NCBI GenBank assembly: GCA_036785375.1
Contig: JAWMAR010000003.1
Span: 6,758,001 to 6,822,000, forward strand
Source: Leucoraja ocellata
Taxonomy: Eukaryota
DNA length: 64,000 nt
Direction of reading: 5' to 3'
This document shows positions 39,431 through 51,800 of this stretch, one piece after another. Numbering within the stretch: position 1 is the first letter of the stretch; every line of letters begins with the position of its first letter. Under the pieces are notes generated by a model. That model made no database searches. It was not told the origin of the DNA and saw only the letters and a list, made by a program, of their open reading frames with translations. The translations under genes and the position numbers were made by a program.

Positions 39431-40253
39431 CGCCTCCATTCTAGAAAGTGTTGTAGTTGCTCCACGGGTCAGGCAGCATCTTTGGAGAACACGGATAAGT
39501 AACATTTTGGGTTGGACCCTTCTTCAGACTGATTATAGCAGGGGGTAAAAGTTGGAAGAGAGGTCTGGGCGGGACAAAGCCAGCCAAGTTAGACGTGGAA
39601 TCAGGTGAGGTGGGTTTTGACTGGCAAAATCTAATTTGAGATGTGTGGACAAAGGCCAGAAATGAAAAGGAGACAAAAGGTTATGAGATAAGGAGAAAAG
39701 TGTTGTGAACTGATGTAGAGGAAGGGGTTTAAGTAAAAGAGGACGACATGAAGGGGATAGGGGGGTGGGATAGTGGGAGAAACGGTGTGTATCCGGTGGG
39801 GGCGCGGGGGGAGGGGGGGGAGGGGGAAGGGTGGCGGCACAGAGAAGAGAGGGAGGAGAAAAGAGGAGTGGGGTTTGTTGGTTAGTTACCTAAAATTGGT
39901 GTTGAGTTACCCAAACACTCAGTATTTTTATGCTCAATACTCTAGCATCTGTAGTTTCTTGTGTCGATGATTTACTGAATTCTTGAATGGTTCTGGTGAT
40001 TAAAATATTTTTTAACTTACCCCACCCCCCACCTCAGCTGAGAAAACTATGGATGAAAGAATAACTATGAACTAACTAAAATAAAAGAATGACTAAATAC
40101 AGTACAGTTCTTGAGAGGTCAAATGATAAAACAGAAAGCAACCTCGAAAGAATAAACCGAGCTTCATATAAATGTACAGTAAATATTGCAAACTTTCACG
40201 AGCATATTCACTTTCTGCCGAACTGCCTCTATAAATAAAGTGCATTGCGTAAC

Positions 40254-40426
40254 CTGGATGATTCCTGCTTGTAGATGTCAATGATATTTTCCACCAGGAG
40301 ATTTCTCTGCAGGCCGTAAACTCCATGGCGATCCAGCACTACCTCATGTCGGCAAGAAGGGCAGCGAAAGCGACCCCCTGAAGGCACTGTTGTGGAACCC
40401 CTCGACTGCCAGAATGGATTGGAAGC
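40254..40426 (-). CDS. TRIM54: TRIM54 coding exon 2 (end of RING, MuRF family conserved box)
   Basis: Acceptor cccag|[60 protein letters not shown](R); 173 nt; donor AG|GTTACG. Confidence 0.93.
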
Positions 40427-40734
40427 CTGGGAATGAGATATCGAGTGAATATGTCAGTCAATTCCAATAAACAATTTAGCAAGTTATTCAGCTGTTATTC
40501 TCAGATCATAGTTCCTTTCTCAATGTTTCTCTTTTTGCTGTTTTCTTCAGCCTATCTTTTCTTGATCAGTAATTCAGTTCAGCAACAGTCACACTTTCCT
40601 TAAGGATATTTCCATTAAAAAAAAAGCTGATCTGGACTTGTAGAAACAAGGAAATGCAGATGCTGGTGTACAAAAAAGGCACACAGTGCAACCGTAACAG
40701 CTGGTCAGGCAGCATCTCTGGAGAACAGATAGGT

Positions 40735-40762
40735 AACGTTTCGAGTCGGGACCCTTCTTCAG
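40735..40762 (-). ncRNA. Minimal hammerhead motif in TRIM54 intron 1 (sense orientation)
   Basis: CTGAAGA-A-GGGTCCCGACTC-GAAA-CGTT within a Penelope-derived repeat at about 40640-40766. Confidence 0.55.
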
Positions 40763-40788
40763 ACTTCTAGACTTGATTGGTATATCTT

Positions 40789-40859
40789 CCTGACATTTAA
40801 CGTATAACATATAACACGACCTGACATTTAACGTATAACATATAACGACCTGACATTTT
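40789..40859 (+). repeat. ~30-bp tandem repeat (about 2.3 copies)
   Basis: cctgacatttaacgtataacatataac(ac)ga repeated. Confidence 0.9.
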
Positions 40860-41122
40860 GTTTTCTTTCTTTACTTTTCCTTCCCTGTGATCCCTCAATG
40901 TAACACTGGTCATTTCAAATCTCATGCATAAAACACGCTTAAAAAAGGACATGAAGTAATATTGCTTGTGAGGGGCACATCTTGTTTGACCAAAGAGTTC
41001 ATTTATTTCACTGAATAATTGAATGATGAAAACAGGTGCAGTTAATCCTTCAATCCTTTGGAAAGGCTCACAAATTAATAATGATATTGAAGCCACTTAA
41101 TGGTAACAAATGAAATACTTAC

Positions 41123-41290
41123 CTGGAAAACATCATTGGCACATTTTCTACATAAGTTGTGTTGGCATGGTAAAATTACTACTGGTTTTGTGAACATTTC
41201 CAGACAAATAGGACAAATAAGTTGTTTCTCCAAACTGTCCATTGTCTGTGCATCTCCGAGCATTGGTTTGAATCCCACTGCAAGGTTCAT
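41123..41290 (-). CDS. TRIM54: TRIM54 (MuRF3) coding exon 1, start of RING domain
   Basis: ATG at 41290. Translates [56 protein letters not shown] (168 nt); donor CAG|GTAAGT. The N-terminal xVGFKPxLGDA segment resembles TRIM54 rather than TRIM55/TRIM63. Confidence 0.93.
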
Positions 41291-41404
41291 CGCCACAAAG
41301 AGAAGGCTCACTTATTCGGTCAAGTAGTAATTACGTTTCTTTCTCTCTTCAGAGCTCTCTTTTCTTCTGCCTTTCTCTCTTAACTCAAAGGCTAACTGAT
41401 GGGC

Positions 41405-41510
41405 TACAGTTAAATTTAGAACAGCTTGTCAGAGGATCGTATCTCTTTTCTTTTAAGCAACAAATCACATGACCCAACAGTTGTGGGCCCTGCATTCCTC
41501 ACTCCATATT
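41405..41510 (-). promoter_or_regulatory. Putative TRIM54 proximal promoter with muscle-type motifs
   Basis: Non-repetitive DNA 120-210 bp upstream of the ATG. MEF2-consensus TTAAATTTAG (41410-41419), TCACATGA (41465-41472), E-box CAGTTG (41478-41483), MCAT/TEAD CATTCCT (41493-41499). Motif matches only. Confidence 0.5.
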
Positions 41511-41591
41511 TATCTCATGAAATGTGAGACTGGGATGTGGAAGAGCCATTTGTTGAGCAGTTCTTTTCACTGTCAAGTGACCTTTACTGAC

Positions 41592-41691
41592 GTGGTATGC
41601 TACAGATCAGATTTTTTTTTTTCAATAAATTAAAAAAAGCCCATGTGGTATGCTACAGATCAAATATTTGTTTTTCAATAAATTAAAAAAA
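41592..41691 (+). repeat. 53-bp tandem duplication upstream of TRIM54
   Basis: gtggtatgctacagatca...tcaataaattaaaaaaa starting at 41592 and 41645. Confidence 0.88.
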
Positions 41692-43387
41692 CAAACTGAA
41701 TCCATTCTAGCTAAATTTTACAATTAAACCATGCAACTATAGCAATGGTGAAAAGAGTCATTTCTCCTTATACATAATGTCATGTAGTCTATTATCTACA
41801 TAAAGTCACTTTATTCTATGTCATTTGTGATAACTTGGTTTACAATTTAGTTTTAGTTCCTGCATCTGTTACATAAGTAATATTTGTTTACATGGCGATT
41901 TATTCTCATTAAATGAATACTTCTTACTTTGCTTCACAACGTCGATTGCTTTCAGAAAGATGCAGGAATTAAGACAAAATTGTTAACTAACAGATCAGTT
42001 CACAAAAATCCAAAATATATATTTGAAACTGGTCATATGACTGCCAAATTAAATATGAAGGTATAATTGCAGTTATAATTCATAATTAATTTGCAAGGTG
42101 ATAACAATCCAAAGTTCCTTATTAAAAAATAATTAATTGGCACATCTTTGCAGCTCACATGCAGTTAACGTATTGAAACCCTCCATCTACCTCAGAGACT
42201 TTTCTACTACCTTTAATCCGACTTCATCAGATGTTCTATCTTGCACTAAATGTTGTACCTTTCGTCCTTTATCTGTGGACAGCTTGATTGTATTCGTGTA
42301 TAGTCTTTCCTTTGACAGGATAGCACACAAACAAGAGTTTTTCATTGTACCTCTGGACACATGACATTAATAAATGAGCCTAAGTAATAAACTAAACTAA
42401 AGAAAGACTTTAATTAAACAAAATGAAAATCTGCAATACTAAATGAAGAGCAAGGGCATTTCCAGTAAAGTCCTATCTATTGGTTTACATTCTTTTCATT
42501 TCCTGTCTGCATCTATTAATTTCTCTAAAATAAGATGAATATTCTGATGAGCGAGTCACTTCACTAGACCATATTCTACGTAGGAGGAATGCCTAGCTCA
42601 GCTATGCTCACAACAGTGAGCCTCATGTATTACTACTGACATCTCTACCATAGCCAACACTAGGCACAGAACATAGAACAGTACAGCACAGGAAAGGGCT
42701 CTTCTCCCCACAATGTTTGTGCCATACATGATGCCAGATTAAACTGATCTCATGTGCCTGTACATTATCAATATATCTCCATTCCCTTCACTTCCATTTG
42801 CCTATCTAACAGCCTCTTAAACACCACTATTGGGCTCTCGACAAATAGTTCCAACGGTCTCTGCAAAATCGTTCAAATTGAATGGAAGGATTAATGAATT
42901 GATATCAGCAATGCAACATTTCCAGCTCCGAGATTTGAGTTACACTCAGCCAGCTACCTTGGGCTGGCCATGTCGTTTGCATGCCCAACAGTAAACCCCT
43001 GCAACTGAACCACTATCTGAGCTTTGTTTTGGGAGGCGATTAGCAGGAAGCAGGAAAAAAAATAATCAAAAATGAGTCTAAAGCTTCCTTCAAGCAATGC
43101 AACATCTTCACTGACCTGGAAATATTAATACCATCTAGAGTGTACAGAAGCCCCATGTAAGCACTGAGAAGTGATTGCCTCACAAAATGATCTATGCACC
43201 TGCCCCATCAGCAATTTTCTGGCTCTCGTATGTAAGAGTCTATGGTTTTCACATTGGCCCCATTAAGTACCTCAGAATGCACAAAACTGAAATGGAAGAA
43301 GTCATCCTCGATCCACAGGGACTGCTTAAAAAGTCATGAAAATTCAACATTAAATGCAATTAATTAAGTTATTTAGCAGCCACCAAG

Positions 43388-43745
43388 CAGGCACGTGCCG
43401 TCAGGATAGTCAAGGTAGGCACTGGCTACCCTGACTAAAATTATGACTTGGTAATCATTAAATATAAATAGTAAAGGCATGGGAGAATTATGCCTATCTA
43501 AGAGATCGATCTTTCATGTAACATGTGAAGGTCTGTGCAGCCCACGTGCCGTCAACGCTGCCTGAAGCCATCAATTTCAAGCGGAGCTGAAGGCAGCTGA
43601 AATTCTGCCTTTGCTGTACTGCGCATGCGCAGCGCAAGTTTCTTGGCGGGTTTTTCAAATATGGATTGCCATTATCTGAAGGGTATGTTAGGAAGCAAAG
43701 AGAGAAGAATGTAGTTCGTGTACCAATACCGTGGTAAGTCCATTT
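43388..43745. mobile_element. Probable DNA-transposon end truncated by the L1
   Basis: CAGGCACGTGCCGTCAGG..GTAGGCACTGGCTACCCTGAC terminal hairpin-like arrangement; cacgtgccgtca is repeated at about 43543. Confidence 0.4.
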
Positions 43746-43759
43746 CTTGGTACTTTATG

Positions 43760-45915
43760 TTTCTTTCTTTCTTTCTTTCTTTTAAAATCTTTTTATTAGT
43801 TTCTTTTTCCAAAAAACAAAAACAAAACAAAAAAAAGTAAAAAGAATAATGATAAACATAACATAGGGATCAGGATTACATTAATAACAGGTATAACCTA
43901 AATATGAGTCCAGTGTCAAAATACACATTGAATATAGATCTCCCCGGTCGGTCTCTATGTAAATGTTTAAAAGAAAACTTATATATGTAGGAAAAAAAAC
44001 AAAGATAAAAAAACAAAAAAAGAAAAAGGGAAAAAGGAAGAAACAAAACCCCCCTAAACTAAAGGAAAAAAAAAGGAAGCAAAACAGAATCTGAGTTGAG
44101 AATTTCAACAATTTAAGTCTGTTGTCGTCAAGTCCGTTCCACCATATAGAGGTAAAATAGTTTTTATAACGGTTGGAGAGGGAGCAATTTATGTTGTGTG
44201 AAAGTGTTGAATAAATTTTCCCCAGGTCTTATCAAATTTAACCAAGGGTTCAACAATGTCACTCCTGATTTTTTCTAAATTTAAACATGATATCGTTTCC
44301 GAATACCAATGGAGTGTGGTCGGAGGGTTGGAGTCTTTCCATTTAAATAAAATAGATCTTCTGGCAATTAATGTGGTAAAAGCAATCAGCCGATGGGCGG
44401 AGAGGGATAAATGAATATAATCTAACTTTGGTAGCCCAAAAATTGCAGTAATAGGATGAGGTTGTAAATCAATACCTAAGACTACAAAAATAGTATCAAA
44501 AATTCTTTTGAATATTTTTCCAAAAGTGGGCAGGACCAAAACAAATGGGTCAGTGAGGCCACTTCAGAGTTACATCTGTCACAGGTAGGATTTATATGAC
44601 CATAAAAACGAGATAACTTATCTTTTGACATATGAACTCTGTGAACCACCTTGAATTGTATCAGAGCGTGTCTTGCACACATTGAAGAGGTATTGACTAA
44701 TTGAAGAATCCTTTCCCATTTCTCTATAGATAGAGAAATTTGGAGTTCTCTTTCCTAGTCATTCTTAATATATCTATTTGTAATTTCAAAATCAACTCAT
44801 ATATAGTTAATAAACCTTTCTGATAACGGTTCAAATGTAAAAAAAATTCAAAAATTTCGGTTTGATGTGGTAGTGGAAAAAAGGATAGAGTAGCCTTCAA
44901 AAAATATCTAATTTGTGAATATCTAAAAAAGTGTGAATTAGGTAAATTATATTTATTGGAAAGTTGTTCGAAAGACATAAAACAACCATCCAAAAACAAA
45001 TCACGAAAAGCTACTTATCCCTTCCTCTTCCATAACAAAAAGGCTTGATCAGTACTAGAAAGTTGGAAGAGAAAATTAGATAAGAGAGGACTCGATAAGA
45101 TAAAATCATTTAGTCCAAAAAACTTACGAAATTGACACCATATTCGAAACGTATGTCTTTTGACGTATTGGGTTAGTCTATATTTATTCAATTTCATTAT
45201 TGTAAAAGGTAACAAGGCCTCTAGAATAGAAGCCAATGATAGCCCTTGTAAGGAATCACGTTCAAGATTTATCCATCCTGGGCCTTGGGTATCTTCTAAA
45301 TCTTTTGCCAATATGTTAGATAACGAACATTGATTGCCCAGTAGTAGAATCTTACGTTCGGCAATGCCAAACCACCATCTTTTTTTGATTTCTGTAAGTA
45401 TTTTTTACTTAGTCTGGAATTTTTATTCTGCCATATCTATGAAGAAACAACAGATACTCATTATGTGGTAAATTTGGTAAGTTCAGTTTCTTTAAAAATT
45501 CATGCATTATATTGGAATCAGTAGGAAATTCTGATTGGTATAGGGAGGTATAAAATTCCTGAAAGAATTGATTAATTTCGTCATGGTCTACAGTTAGTGT
45601 ACCATCCCGTTTACTCACTTTAGTAATCTGACGCTTGGCCGACATCGCTTTCAACTGATTAGCGAGTAATTTACCAGATTTTTCGCCATGTATATAAAAT
45701 TGACTTTTGGTTTTAAGTAACTGGTTCGCAATCGGTGATCCTAATAACAAATCAAATCTCAATTGAAGTTCAACTCTATTCTTATAGAGCTCTAAACTAG
45801 GAGCTTTTGAATATTTTTTATCAATTTCTTTAATCTCGTCAGCCAATGTACGTATTTCTTTTTGAGTTTGTTTTTTTAATCCCGCGGAGTATGAAATAAT
45901 TTGTCCACAGGATAG
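43760..45915 (-). mobile_element. L1-clade LINE ORF2 remnant lacking the RT core
   Basis: KSGKLLANQLK and FFQEFYTSLYQS (pre-RT), GGLALPN (post-RT), CDRCNSEVASLTHLFWSC zinc knuckle, AATAAA and (GAAA)n tail. Confidence 0.88.
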
Positions 45916-46199
45916 CCATTCTGATCCCTGCTTTGATTGTTTCTATGCACGGGACCATAGATAACCCATCCGAGTAGGGTCGTCACAGCAAATTTTCCGT
46001 CCCCTTAAAGTAAGCATGCAGGTACAGCAGGCAGTGAAGAAAGCTAATGGCAGGTTGGCCTTCATAACAAGAGGAGTTGAATATAGGAGCAAAGAGGTCC
46101 TTCTGCAGTTGTACAGGGCGCTAGGGAGACTTTTTTTATCTACCTTCTTGTTTGAGACAACAGTGTCCATCTATCATCTTTGCTGAGTGCTTCATAATA

Positions 46200-47024
46200 T
46201 CCAATAACGTCGACAAAACAAAGGAGATGATTGTCGACTTCAGGACTTCAGGTCGCAGCCCAAACACACCCCCCTCAACATTAGTGGCATCACGATGTGG
46301 AGAACATAAAGTTCCTCGGAGTGCAAATCACAGACAGTCTCACCTGGATCAGGAACAACACTGGGATTGTCAAACGGCCCATCAGCGACAGCACTACTTG
46401 AGGAAACTCAAACAGGCTTCACTCCCCACCAACCTCCTCAGGACATTTTACAGGGGCACGGTGGAGCCTGTACTCACGTGCTGCATGAACACGTGGTGGT
46501 CCAACTGTAACTGATCAGACAGGAAGGCTCTGCAGAGGGTAGTGAGGGGAGCAGAGAAGATCATTGGTGTCCCCCTACCCTCAGTACAAGAACTGTTGCA
46601 GAGCTGCTGCCTAAAAAAAAAGCACTGAGCATAGCAAAGGACAGACTGCAGCCCCTCCACACACATCTGGATCTCCTGCCATCAGGCCAGAGATACCGTA
46701 GCATCAAAGCCCTGACAACCAGACTGCTAAACAGTCACTCCACCTGATTCTGCTGCTTTTTGCACTGACATTTTAACTTATATTTTAATGTTGTTGGTTT
46801 TACTTATATTTTAATGTTGCTGTTTTTACCTGCACTTTTTAACTATTCATATTGTTTTATCAGGGACTGTTGTTTTTATTGTTTTTGTTTTATGTGTGAA
46901 ATGTTTCAAGTTTTATGTGCGATGCTCCGGTATTCCCTGGGAAACTTCTCATTTTGCACTGTACAACTGTTGCTTTGCAAGATGACAATAAGGGTTGATT
47001 GATTGATTGATTGATTAATTGATT
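46200..47024 (+). mobile_element. Rex1-like LINE 3' fragment
   Basis: NVDKTKEMIVDFR, AHQRQHYLRKLK; (gatt)n tail. Confidence 0.82.
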
Positions 47025-48805
47025 GAGACTACACCTGGAGTATTGTGTGCAGTTTTGGTCACCAAATTTGAGGAAGCGCATTCTTGCTATTGAGGGAGTG
47101 CAGCGTAGGTTCAACGGTTAACTCCCAGGATGGCATGGACTGTCATATGTTGATAGAATGGAGCAGCTGGGCTTGTGAACTCTGGAATTTAGAAGGATAA
47201 AGGGGATCTTATTGAAACATATAACATTATTAAGGGATTGGACACGCTAGAGGCAGGAAACATGTTCCCAATTGTAGATGGTTTATGCATGCAACCAATA
47301 ATATAGCTATCTCAGTACCACTAACCACGCCTTAGTTACCAATTATAATAACGCCTTCTTCTCCCTCTGCGCGGTACAGTAGCAGACTGGAGACAGTGAC
47401 TGCTGATGTGTGTTTAACCCTGTGTTCTCATTAAAGACTAGTGTAAAGTACAAGTGTGTTTGATCAGCTATTTACATGGTGTCAGTCAGAAAAGACTCGC
47501 GTTTCCTTTTCCCGGGTTTTATTTATTTTTCTAAGTTTTATTTCTCTCTTTGCGTTTTGCCTTCACTGACCATGGCATCCTCGTGCCGAAAGCCCGCGCC
47601 CCTCATCTTTGATTCTGACATCGCAGAGCGCTGAGCTACCTTCGAGTTGGACTTCAGCCACTACATCAACATCACACATCGGAACGAGCCCGATGCGGTT
47701 AAAGCCTTTCTACTTCTCAACCTTGCCGGCCCCGATGCCATGAGGAGAGCACGAACCTTCACCTACGACCCGCCGGTCCTGGGTCCCAATGATCAGGTAC
47801 AGATACCTCTAGAGACTGCTGACGACCCGGTATGCCTGCTGCGCAAGTTCAGGGAGATTTACGACCTGCCCTCGAACCGTGTTTTAGAGAGGGCGCGTTT
47901 TTTCACCAGAAAGCAATTGCCGGAGGAACCTGTTGAATGTTTCATTGCTGACCTGCGCTACCTAGCCCAAAGGTACCGTTTCGGTGCAATGACAGACCAG
48001 CTTACCAGGGACCCCTCGCTTGTTGCGATCTCCTCCGCGTGGGGCGCCCTGTGCCGACCGCGTTTTCACCCCTCCTGCATGTCGGTCCCCCCTACCATTC
48101 TCGGTTTCTTGCCGTCTCCAGCTACCGCTGATTCCTCTGTTCTTTCCGGTGAAGGGGGGAAGGCATGGTCCGCACGCGCTCGGGTCGGGTTATTAAGCCG
48201 CCTGTTCGTTACGGCGATTTTGTCTAATTTTGTTTAACTCTGTTGCCATGGTTCCATGCCATGTTTGATTTTCTAAGGGGAAGGATGTAGATGGTTTATG
48301 CATGCAACCAATAATATAGCTACCTCAGTACCACTAACCACGCCTTAGTTACCAATTATAATAACGCCTTCTTCTCCCTCTGCGCGGTGCAGTAGCAGAC
48401 TGGAGACAGTGACTGCTGATGTGTGTTTAACCCTGTGTTCTCATTAAAGACTAGTGTAAAGTACAAGTGTGTTTGATCACCTATTTACACCAATGTTGGG
48501 GGAATCCAGAATCAGGGGCCACAATTTAAGAATAAGGGGAAGGCCATTTAGAACAGAGATGAGAAAAAACTTTTTACGCATAGTTGTGAATCTGTGGAAT
48601 TCTCTGCCTCAGAAGGCAGTGGAGGCCAATTTTCTGGATGCTTTCAAGAGAGAGTTAGATAGAGCTCTTAAAGATAGCCTAGTCAGGGTATATGGTGAGA
48701 AGGCAGGAACGGGGTGCTGAATGTGGATGAGCAACCATAATCACAGTGAATGGAGATGCTGGCTTGAAGGGCTGAATGGCCTACTCTTGCATCTATTGTC
48801 TATTG
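47025..48805 (+). mobile_element. CR1 3' fragment hosting the LTR element
   Basis: HLEYCVQFWSPNLRK before, and PMLGESRIRGHNLRIRG after, the LTR insertion. Confidence 0.85.
47273..48489 (+). mobile_element. Gag-only non-autonomous LTR retrotransposon (Gypsy-like)
   Basis: 204-bp TG..CA LTRs (47273-47476 and 48286-48489), 5-bp TSD ccaat, PBS TGGTGTCAG, PPT AAGGGGAAGGA, gag-like frame from the ATG at 47572. Confidence 0.93.
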
Positions 48806-51800
48806 TTAACAAACTCTCTAGGTTCCAATACTTTCGAAGCATTCGCTCCGATAAGTAGGTCGATACCAGATTCTATTTTAGGAATCTTGATATTCTTCAA
48901 GTAAAGCCATTGTTTCAGGTCTTCCTGCTTGGGCATGTTTACTTGAGAAACAGGCATGGTCTCTTGTGTAAACACATCAATTTACTGTATAAAATTGTCT
49001 TTATCCATACTAGATATTTCCAAACCTGAGATATGATGACTGACCACAAATTTATCTTCATTCATGGTACGCAAGAGAATCTTAGTCTTTTGTCCTGTAA
49101 TGTCCTGCCTTCTCATCAAGCTTTCTGTGATCCAAAAATGCAAAGAACTTCCAAGATCCAAAAATGCATATGTTTGTAACACTGTATTCCCCTTGCAGCT
49201 CCTTACCTGTACTGGTAAGATGGAGATGATACAGGTTTCTTCACCGGCCCCAATATTGTCACACATCTGAGGTGAGAAAACAGCATTGCTTAGTCGGCTT
49301 CTCAATCTGCTCAGCATGCTCTGTTTTCTTTTCCTTGTTCTTCAGTTCAGTGTGAAGTAACTCAGGGTGATCTTGTTTACACACATCACAAGTCATACGG
49401 CTCTTGCCATCTTTGACCATACGTCCTTTCTTCAGACATCCAAAGCAGATTCCCTTCTCCTTTAAGAAGTTAATCTTTTCCTTTTGTCTCTTCTGCTTGA
49501 TCCGTCGACACCACCTTATTGTGTGCCCAATTTTATTACAGAACAAACAAGAACCTTGAGTATTAATGGTAGATGCATCTCTTTTAATTCCACCTGTTGT
49601 TAGAATTCCTTTCACTGCCATTTCTACAGGTATTACAGTGATTGCAAAACTGCTTTCTTTTAATCCTGATCTTCCTCTTGTTTTAGCAGAAGTAGAACCT
49701 TTGACAGTTGCAATTGGTTTAGGATCCTGAATGCTTCCATAAAGTGGATCTGATATCATTCTTACTTCCCTCTCCATGAAATTCACCTCCATGAAACTTG
49801 GCTCCACATCTATACTTTTCCCATATTTGACCTGCCCTATCCCTCCACTTTACTCTAAGCATATAAGGCAATTTTAGAAGTATAGTCTTCATATTAGTAG
49901 CAATATTCATTTCTTCCATATGGCTGAGGTTTTCCATTGCATTGCAACAATCTCCATGAAACAGCGAAAACGGATGCAATGCCTTTACATCCTCTGCTTT
50001 GATAACTGGCCAAGCAAAGGCCTTACTCATGTAAGCACTAGCAATCTTATATTAATTATCAAAATATTCTTTAAGCAGATCTCTTGCCCTTTGATAGCCC
50101 ACGGCTGAAGACAAATAGCGGCAACTGTGATCAAGCTGCTTTGAATATCCACTCGTATATTGCTCCAAAAAGTGCAAGCGATCTCTCTCATTAGTAGTTT
50201 TCCTTTCCACTCCTTCCTCAAATGCTATAATGAAAGCTTCATACTGCAAAGGATCACCATCAAAAACAGTAACTTCTCCTGGAGGTAAGGTAGAAGAGCG
50301 ATTTTGTTGGGCCAGAATAGTAATTTCATTTTGCTTCTTCATCAAGTTACAGAATTCATGTTGAAATCCATCATTGGGCACAGAGGGAATAGTGTTAACA
50401 GGCCTCCGTGCATCCCTACTCATGCGAGCTTGTACATTAGGCCTCTGAGAGGAGTGCTGAGTTATGTGGGTCTTAACACGAGCCTTAAATGATGGTTCAT
50501 ATGCTCTTAGCTTCGGTCTAGCAACCTGTTGCTGAGAGGAAGCCTCGGCTAACCTCCACTTACTCAGTGTTGGCTCTGCTTGGTCAGAACTGTAGTCCTC
50601 TGTCTGTAGATTTGACAGCTGCTGCCTCCACCATCGTAGCTCCTTCTTCGACTAAGGAACTCTTCTTCTGAGACATTCTCGAGCCGCATCTTGAACCTTT
50701 GCCCTCAAGTATATCCATCTTTGTGCTGACTACTGCCAACTCCGTATCTAGTTCAAACTGTTCCTTCTCTCTCTTCAGCTGCCCCTTTTGTGCCTCAGCC
50801 TCTCTCAACAATTGCTCTTTTCCCTTTTCAACTGTCTCCTTGTGCATCAGCCTCTCTTAACAGATGTTATGTTTGATTATTCAACTGTTCTTCTTGTGCC
50901 TCAATCTCATGCCTTTTCGTTAGGGCAGCAGTTTGTTTCAAGAGAACAGCAAAATCTACTTCAGCTTCCATACGAGCAGAGACCCTTGTAGATGCACTGG
51001 CTACAGAACCAGGTTTATGCCTTGATCTTCATGTTGAGACATTTGAAATACTGTCTTCAGGTCTAATCTCTTGTGTGGTTCTTGGTTCTTGGGTCCTCCA
51101 AAATATTCCAACTGGAATTTAAACTGGAGGTGGTGAAGGGAGGGATTAAGCCAGAAAGGGTATAAAGAACACACACTATAGAATTTGACATAAAACATCC
51201 CCACACAGCAGAATCAAAAGTTTCCCACTGTGTGGGAAGGCACCAAAGTCAGTCTCTTCCTCCACTGTTCCTCGTGGTCAGGGCCTCCCCGTGCCCTCCG
51301 CAGTTGCAGCTACGGGCGGCCCGATGTCCAGGACCACTCGCCTCGGTGATACAAGTCCGACATCGGGGCTGCGGGACATCCTCAGCGGTGTGGACATCAG
51401 AGTCGGCCCCCTCCTACCAGAGTCGGCGGCTTCCAAAGTCCGCAGGCCGCGCCGGGTGGAGACTGCTGCTGGCGGCCCTCTGCAAGGCGCCCCAGGACTC
51501 CGCGATGTTGTTCAGCGCCGCCCGCGTTGGAAGCTCTCCGCACCAGAGCTCCACGATGTTGGAGCAGCGGCCCAGCGCTCCGGAGCTCCAAACGGCGACC
51601 AGGTAGGCATCGCCCGCTCCGCGGTGACTCCAGCGCTGCGCCGCCGCTGTAGCAGCCCTGGTCCGGTACTCGGTCCCAGGCAGGAAAGGCCGCTCCGTCC
51701 AGCTGGTAGGCCGCGAGGTGGGGGGCGAGGACGCGACTCGGAGAAATAGTCACGTCCCGCCAGGAAGGGGAGGGGGGGTTACAACACTTTGTTGCATAAC

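Noticed and set aside
40789-40859. CRISPR-like short repeats
   Set aside because: Simple tandem duplication with no unique spacers, in eukaryotic DNA.
41075-41311. ORF-track start at 41311 for the RING ORF
   Set aside because: This is a GTG start. The ATG at 41290 matches the TRIM54 N-terminus, and the frame past 41123 is intronic.
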